Below are positions 59,969 through 64,000 of a stretch of DNA of 64,000 bases, piece by piece. This stretch comes from Patescibacteria group bacterium (GTDB taxonomy: Bacteria; Patescibacteriota; Patescibacteriia; UBA10025; JAHIVO01). Below the pieces are notes generated by a model. The model ran no database searches. It was not told the origin of the DNA and was given only the letters and a program-made list of their open reading frames with translations. The position numbers and the translations under genes were made by a program. The DNA is taken from positions 73,295 through 137,294 of the forward strand of contig JBAZWB010000001.1 of NCBI GenBank assembly GCA_041660605.1, written 5' to 3'. Position 1 is the first letter of the stretch, and every line of letters begins with the position of its first letter.

Positions 59969-60664
59969 ATGCGTTTTCGTGTTGGCAACTTGATTGCTGC
60001 GCTCAAGTGCTATCGTTTTCGTATTGGCGACTTAATTGCCGCAGTTTATCTGCTGACGATTGTTTATCTTTTGGTTCATTTTAACCAGGAGTTTGTCTGG
60101 TTGACGATGCACTATCCCTATCTTATGGGATTTCTGAAAGTATCCTGTATAGCCACATTTGGAGAGTCCTTCAAGATGCGCATTAAGGCGGGGTCATGGC
60201 ATCTTTCCCGACCAGTATTCCGGTTTGTGGTGTGGGGGTTCTTCGGGGTATGGTTCGCGGCTGCTTTTCCTCTGATTAGCTTCGGCGTGGAAGCGTTAAT
60301 AGCCAAAGGTCTGTGGCCGCGGGTTGACGGTTATTTACTGGCATTATCCAAGTCGTTTTGGATCAATATTGGCGGCGGGTACGCGTTCTCTATGATGATA
60401 ACGCACGAATATTTCAACCGGGCTATAGCCGAGGGCCGGCCAATATCCCTGACGGTTTTTGCCGAATGCATGGCTGGCCGGGATGCATCGCTCTTTTGGT
60501 TCAGAATCACCCCTATCCTTATCTCAACCTTTTGGCTGATAATGCACAGTATTACTTTCAGCCTGCCAGGCGTGTATTACGTGCTGATGGCCGCGGGACT
60601 TTCTTTTTTCCTGGGATTGTTCCTGACGTTCTTACAACAAAGCAAAAGTCCGAAAACTGCATAA
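59969..60664 (+). CDS. Multi-pass membrane protein (bacterial Mpv17/PMP22-like)
   Basis: GFLK...ATFGE and FW..MHSITFSLP motifs; AAGGAG SD; terminator at 60673-60702. Confidence 0.6.
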   Translation: MRFRVGNLIAALKCYRFRIGDLIAAVYLLTIVYLLVHFNQEFVWLTMHYPYLMGFLKVSCIATFGESFKMRIKAGSWHLSRPVFRFVVWGFFGVWFAAAFPLISFGVEALIAKGLWPRVDGYLLALSKSFWINIGGGYAFSMMITHEYFNRAIAEGRPISLTVFAECMAGRDASLFWFRITPILISTFWLIMHSITFSLPGVYYVLMAAGLSFFLGLFLTFLQQSKSPKTA

Positions 60665-60713
60665 CGATGAATATGGCCATCCGCCGTTGGGTGGCCTTTT
60701 TTAATGAAAATAT

Positions 60714-60935
60714 AAAAAGACGTCCCTAGCGGAACGTCTCGGTGTGATTGTTATTGCTTGATTACTCAAGTCCCGCGGGGAATTATAACTTTCCGGCAGA
60801 GCAAGCTCTGCACCTACATATGCTAAACGACGTAGGTGGCGAGCCCCGCCTGCCGCTCCTAGCGGAGCTATGGCGGGCAGGTTGCTCGCCTGATATTAAA
60901 ATTCACACGCGGATCCTTTCCAGGTTTCCAGTTGG
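60714..60935 (-). ncRNA. Candidate multi-stem ncRNA between convergent genes
   Basis: Five or more stems closed by gtgtga/tcacac; own terminator gacgttcc-gcta-gggacgtc-TTTTT. Confidence 0.45.
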
Positions 60936-60992
60936 TTTAATTTTTATATATTAAAAAAACAGTTAACATAAACAGTAACTGCCTTTTAAAAT

Positions 60993-62243
60993 TTAATATT
61001 TCGGTTTAATCCTCTTGAAGATAAAAATTTCTCTTTCAATATTCTGGTCCGGCCGGTTGTAAATTATAGAGCCGCGGGCGGTTGGCCCGATTTTAGCGAA
61101 TAAGGAGACCTTGTTGGGTATGGGGTTTATTCTGTAAAATCCCATTTTTTCCAGTTGTTCCAGTATTTTTAGCGAATAAATGCCGTGTGGCGTCCTGTAT
61201 AAAGGGAAAACCATGATAATGGTAGCTGTCGGCTTGGTGATTTTAGCAAAATTATAAAAAGCGCTGAGATACAGCGACTCCAGCTCCTGGATGACGGCCA
61301 GGACGCTGATGACTCCGATATTTTTTTTCAGTGGCGGGCCAAGGAAAGGTTCTGTCACGATGGCGTCCACCGAATTTGGCGGGAAAAATTTATATATTTC
61401 TTTGACGTCAGTCATGTGCAGCTTCAGGTTGCTTTTCGGCAGATCGTACTCTTTAGCCAGCCATTCCATATTATTTTTTGTGTCATCAATGGCTCTGTCG
61501 CTGATGTCGCTCCCGGCAATATTTTTATAACCCATCAGCATCGCTTCCTGCAGGACGGTGCCGGATCCGCAAAAAGGGTCCAGCAAAAGCTGCCCGGAGC
61601 TGATTTGAGATAAATTAATCATCATTTTGGCCAGCTTCGGCGGCAGCATGCCGGAAGCCGCATCGCGCTGCGGCCGGCCGTAGTCACGGAATGAATAGTC
61701 CTCGAAATCCTGCACAGAAATAGTTTTCCCGATATAAAATGAATGCAGGCCGCTGATAATAATAATATCCGCGCCGTTTTCTATCATTTTATTTTTTGTA
61801 ATCTGCACGCTGGACAGGTCGCCTCCCTGGGCGGCGACAAAACGACATTTAAAATTTGATTTTTGCAGCTCCTTTTTCAGGCGCAACCCATGCGCGTTAA
61901 ATTCGGTTTGATAGCGCCAGAGCACGTCGCCGTAGAGGCTGAATCCAAATGATTGTTTTTTATCTTTTTGCGAGAGGATGTTCTTTTTTAAAAAATCAGC
62001 ATTTACTATATCAAAAAGCCTTTTTACATTATTTATTTCCGATACGATCGCCCCGATTTTAATGCACCCGCCGAGCTGATTCTGCCAGATCTGGGGGTCA
62101 AAGGATTCACCGGCGTCAATGACCAGGCCTTTGCTGGTCAGGTCAACCACGGCAAAATTCAGCTTCTGGTTTTTTTCCAGATTAAATATTTCAGAAATGG
62201 AAAGAATGGGATTTTTACCTAAGATAAAGCAGTAGCGATTCAT
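60993..62243 (-). CDS. Trm11/THUMP-type SAM-dependent RNA methyltransferase
   Basis: RDYGRP, GMLPPKLAKMMINL, LDPFCGSGT, GSDI, TEPFLGP. Confidence 0.75.
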   Translation of the reverse strand: MNRYCFILGKNPILSISEIFNLEKNQKLNFAVVDLTSKGLVIDAGESFDPQIWQNQLGGCIKIGAIVSEINNVKRLFDIVNADFLKKNILSQKDKKQSFGFSLYGDVLWRYQTEFNAHGLRLKKELQKSNFKCRFVAAQGGDLSSVQITKNKMIENGADIIIISGLHSFYIGKTISVQDFEDYSFRDYGRPQRDAASGMLPPKLAKMMINLSQISSGQLLLDPFCGSGTVLQEAMLMGYKNIAGSDISDRAIDDTKNNMEWLAKEYDLPKSNLKLHMTDVKEIYKFFPPNSVDAIVTEPFLGPPLKKNIGVISVLAVIQELESLYLSAFYNFAKITKPTATIIMVFPLYRTPHGIYSLKILEQLEKMGFYRINPIPNKVSLFAKIGPTARGSIIYNRPDQNIEREIFIFKRIKPKY

Positions 62244-62415
62244 ATATTTATATGCCTATTATATAATATACCCGGGAAAATAGCTAAACTTGCCATATTT
62301 AAATGTATATGATAGACTTGACTGGAAATAGGTAAATTGCTATTTGATCTGTTTTTTTATCTATTTTTAATAGAGAAACCATCATTCATAAATTATTTTA
62401 GCTAATCAAGAGAAT

Positions 62416-62907
62416 ATGAACCAGCATTACGAATTTATTTTCATTATCAGCTCAAAAGTTGAAGATTCTGCGCATGAATCCGTAGTCAAGCAGATGCAGG
62501 ATTTGATAAAAAATCAGGGTGGCAGCATTACCAAGCAGGAAAATATGGGCAGGAAGAAGTTTGGTTACGAAATCGCCCATGAAGCGCAAGGTACCTATGT
62601 TCTGCTTGAATTTGACATGGAAACCGAAAATCTGAAAAAACTTGAGGCGGGCATTAAGCTTGTGCCCGGAGTCTTGCGCCATTTAATCGTAAAAAAACGG
62701 GTTAAGACCGAGCGTGAAGTAGCCCGGGAGAAGAAAATTCAGGAAAAAATTGATCAGGCGCAGGCCAGAGAGTTTGAGCAGGCCAAAAAAGAGACGCAGA
62801 AGAAAGAAGCTCCGACTGTGGTAGTAGAAAAAAAGTCTAAGTTGCCGAAAATAAGCCTGGAAGACCTGGACAAAAAGCTCGATGAAATATTGAAAGAAGA
62901 CGTATAA
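62416..62907 (+). CDS. rpsF: 30S ribosomal protein S6 with long charged tail
   Basis: YEFIFII, GRKKFGYEI, VLRHLIV; rpsF-ssb-rpsR synteny. Confidence 0.95.
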   Translation: MNQHYEFIFIISSKVEDSAHESVVKQMQDLIKNQGGSITKQENMGRKKFGYEIAHEAQGTYVLLEFDMETENLKKLEAGIKLVPGVLRHLIVKKRVKTEREVAREKKIQEKIDQAQAREFEQAKKETQKKEAPTVVVEKKSKLPKISLEDLDKKLDEILKEDV

Positions 62908-62922
62908 TTATTTTATAAAATT

Positions 62923-63351
62923 ATGAATCTTAACAAAGTTTTATTAATCGGCAATGTCACCCGCGATCCGGAAGTCAGGACAACGCCTAACGGGCAGAAT
63001 GTTTCGTCATTTGGAGTTGCCACTAACCGGCGCTGGACAGACCAGTCTGGCCAGAAGAAAGAGCAGGTAGAGTTCCACAACATTGTTGCCTGGCGCAAAC
63101 TGGCTGATATTGTCGGGCAATATTTAAAAAAAGGCAGTAAGGTATTCATTGAGGGCAGGCTGCAGACGCGGACCTGGGACGACCAGAGCGGCGTTAAAAG
63201 GTATCGCACAGAAATTATCGCCAGCAATATGATCATGCTGGACAGCAAGTCCGGCGGCGGCAAGACAGCGCCAGCTGCTGCTGATGAACAAACGCAGCCG
63301 GAACCTCCGGCCGGTGAACCGGAAATTAACGTGGAAGATATCCCATTTTAA
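62923..63351 (+). CDS. ssb: Single-stranded DNA-binding protein
   Basis: LNKVLLIGN..RDPE, EGRLQTRTW, C-terminal DIPF. Confidence 0.99.
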   Translation: MNLNKVLLIGNVTRDPEVRTTPNGQNVSSFGVATNRRWTDQSGQKKEQVEFHNIVAWRKLADIVGQYLKKGSKVFIEGRLQTRTWDDQSGVKRYRTEIIASNMIMLDSKSGGGKTAPAAADEQTQPEPPAGEPEINVEDIPF

Positions 63352-63364
63352 TAGAATCATATTT

Positions 63365-63613
63365 ATGAGCTACAGAAACAACCAAAATAGACAGGCAAAA
63401 CCCCAGAAACAGAGGAAAGAATGCCATTTCTGCATGCATGGCCTTAATGAAGTTGACTATAAGGACGTGGGAGTGATGCAAAAGTATCTTTCTTCTTACG
63501 CAAAAATCCTGCCGAAGAAAAAAACCGGCGTTTGCTCCAAGCACCAGCGCAAACTGGCGCAGGCGGTCAAACGGGCGAGATTTATGGCTTTAATTCCCTA
63601 TACTACCAGGTAA
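63365..63613 (+). CDS. rpsR: 30S ribosomal protein S18 (Zn-ribbon type)
   Basis: CHFC, DYKD, TGVCSKHQR, KRARFMALIPY; start ATG 63365. Confidence 0.97.
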   Translation: MSYRNNQNRQAKPQKQRKECHFCMHGLNEVDYKDVGVMQKYLSSYAKILPKKKTGVCSKHQRKLAQAVKRARFMALIPYTTR

Positions 63614-63620
63614 TTAGATT

Positions 63621-64000
63621 ATGCTAACTATCAACGATTTAAAAACCGGGGCGTATCTGACCCTCCAGGGCGAGCCTTATGTCGTGGTCAAGCATGACTT
63701 CATCAAAATGGCCCAGTCAAAAGGCATTATGAGGGTCAATTTGCGGAATTTAAAAACCGGACAGGTGCTGGATCAGACCTTCAAGGGCCAGGAAAAAATA
63801 GAAGAAGCCGATATCAGCCGTTCCAAAGCCAATTACTTGTACCAGGACGGCCAGAGCTATTATTTTATGGACAATTCCAGCTATGACCAGTTTTTTGTTT
63901 CGGAAACTCAGCTGGGCGACAAAAGGAATTTTTTAATTGAAAACATGGAAGTAGAAGTCCTGAACTATAATGGCGAGCCGATAAACATCGAGGTGCCGAA
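63621..64000 (+). CDS. efp: Elongation factor P (runs off window end)
   Basis: MLTINDLKTG...GEPYVVV...LRNLKTG...TFK...YLYQDG..YYFMD..SYDQ. Confidence 0.93.
   Translation, partial: MLTINDLKTGAYLTLQGEPYVVVKHDFIKMAQSKGIMRVNLRNLKTGQVLDQTFKGQEKIEEADISRSKANYLYQDGQSYYFMDNSSYDQFFVSETQLGDKRNFLIENMEVEVLNYNGEPINIEVP

Noticed and set aside
1-64000. Alternative genetic code (TGA=Gly)
   Set aside because: Conserved genes are full length under code 11, and several end properly at TGA.

Overview
This is a 64 kb chromosomal segment of a small-genome bacterium. It is most consistent with Patescibacteria/CPR, probably ABY1-like. That assignment is inferred from protein styles, giant FG-GAP/Kelch/FN3 surface proteins and SD-less core genes; TGA is used as a stop, so the code is standard code 11. 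Core genes: core-type metE-metK, cutA-murE, rpoB-rpoC, ftsK-rodZ-like-recA, murI, a phosphohexomutase, glyA-folD, rsmE, ychF and rpsF-ssb-rpsR-efp (efp truncated). No rRNA, tRNA, CRISPR array, transposase or phage gene was seen. Highlights: (1) at least six solo accessory genes share one cassette grammar of sigma70 promoter, a boxA-like 12-mer 11-14 nt after the -10, a strong Shine-Dalgarno and their own terminator, unlike the SD-less or leaderless core genes; (2) Elp3 abuts a Trm9/ALKBH8-like methyltransferase head-to-head with zero spacer, a candidate eukaryote/archaea-style mcm5U34 pathway; (3) a 2933-aa duplicated Kelch/FN3 surface protein sits next to a MacB/LolCDE-type ABC transporter, a degenerate LOG protein, a stand-alone HisKA domain and a receiver; (4) PlsX carries a two-TM insertion; (5) EF-P has Gln at the normally modified Lys/Arg; (6) there are two candidate structured ncRNAs, an unlisted 57-aa gene, and several palindromic or heptamer repeats, one of which forms a bidirectional leaderless promoter. 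All family calls come from motif recognition by eye, not database searches.
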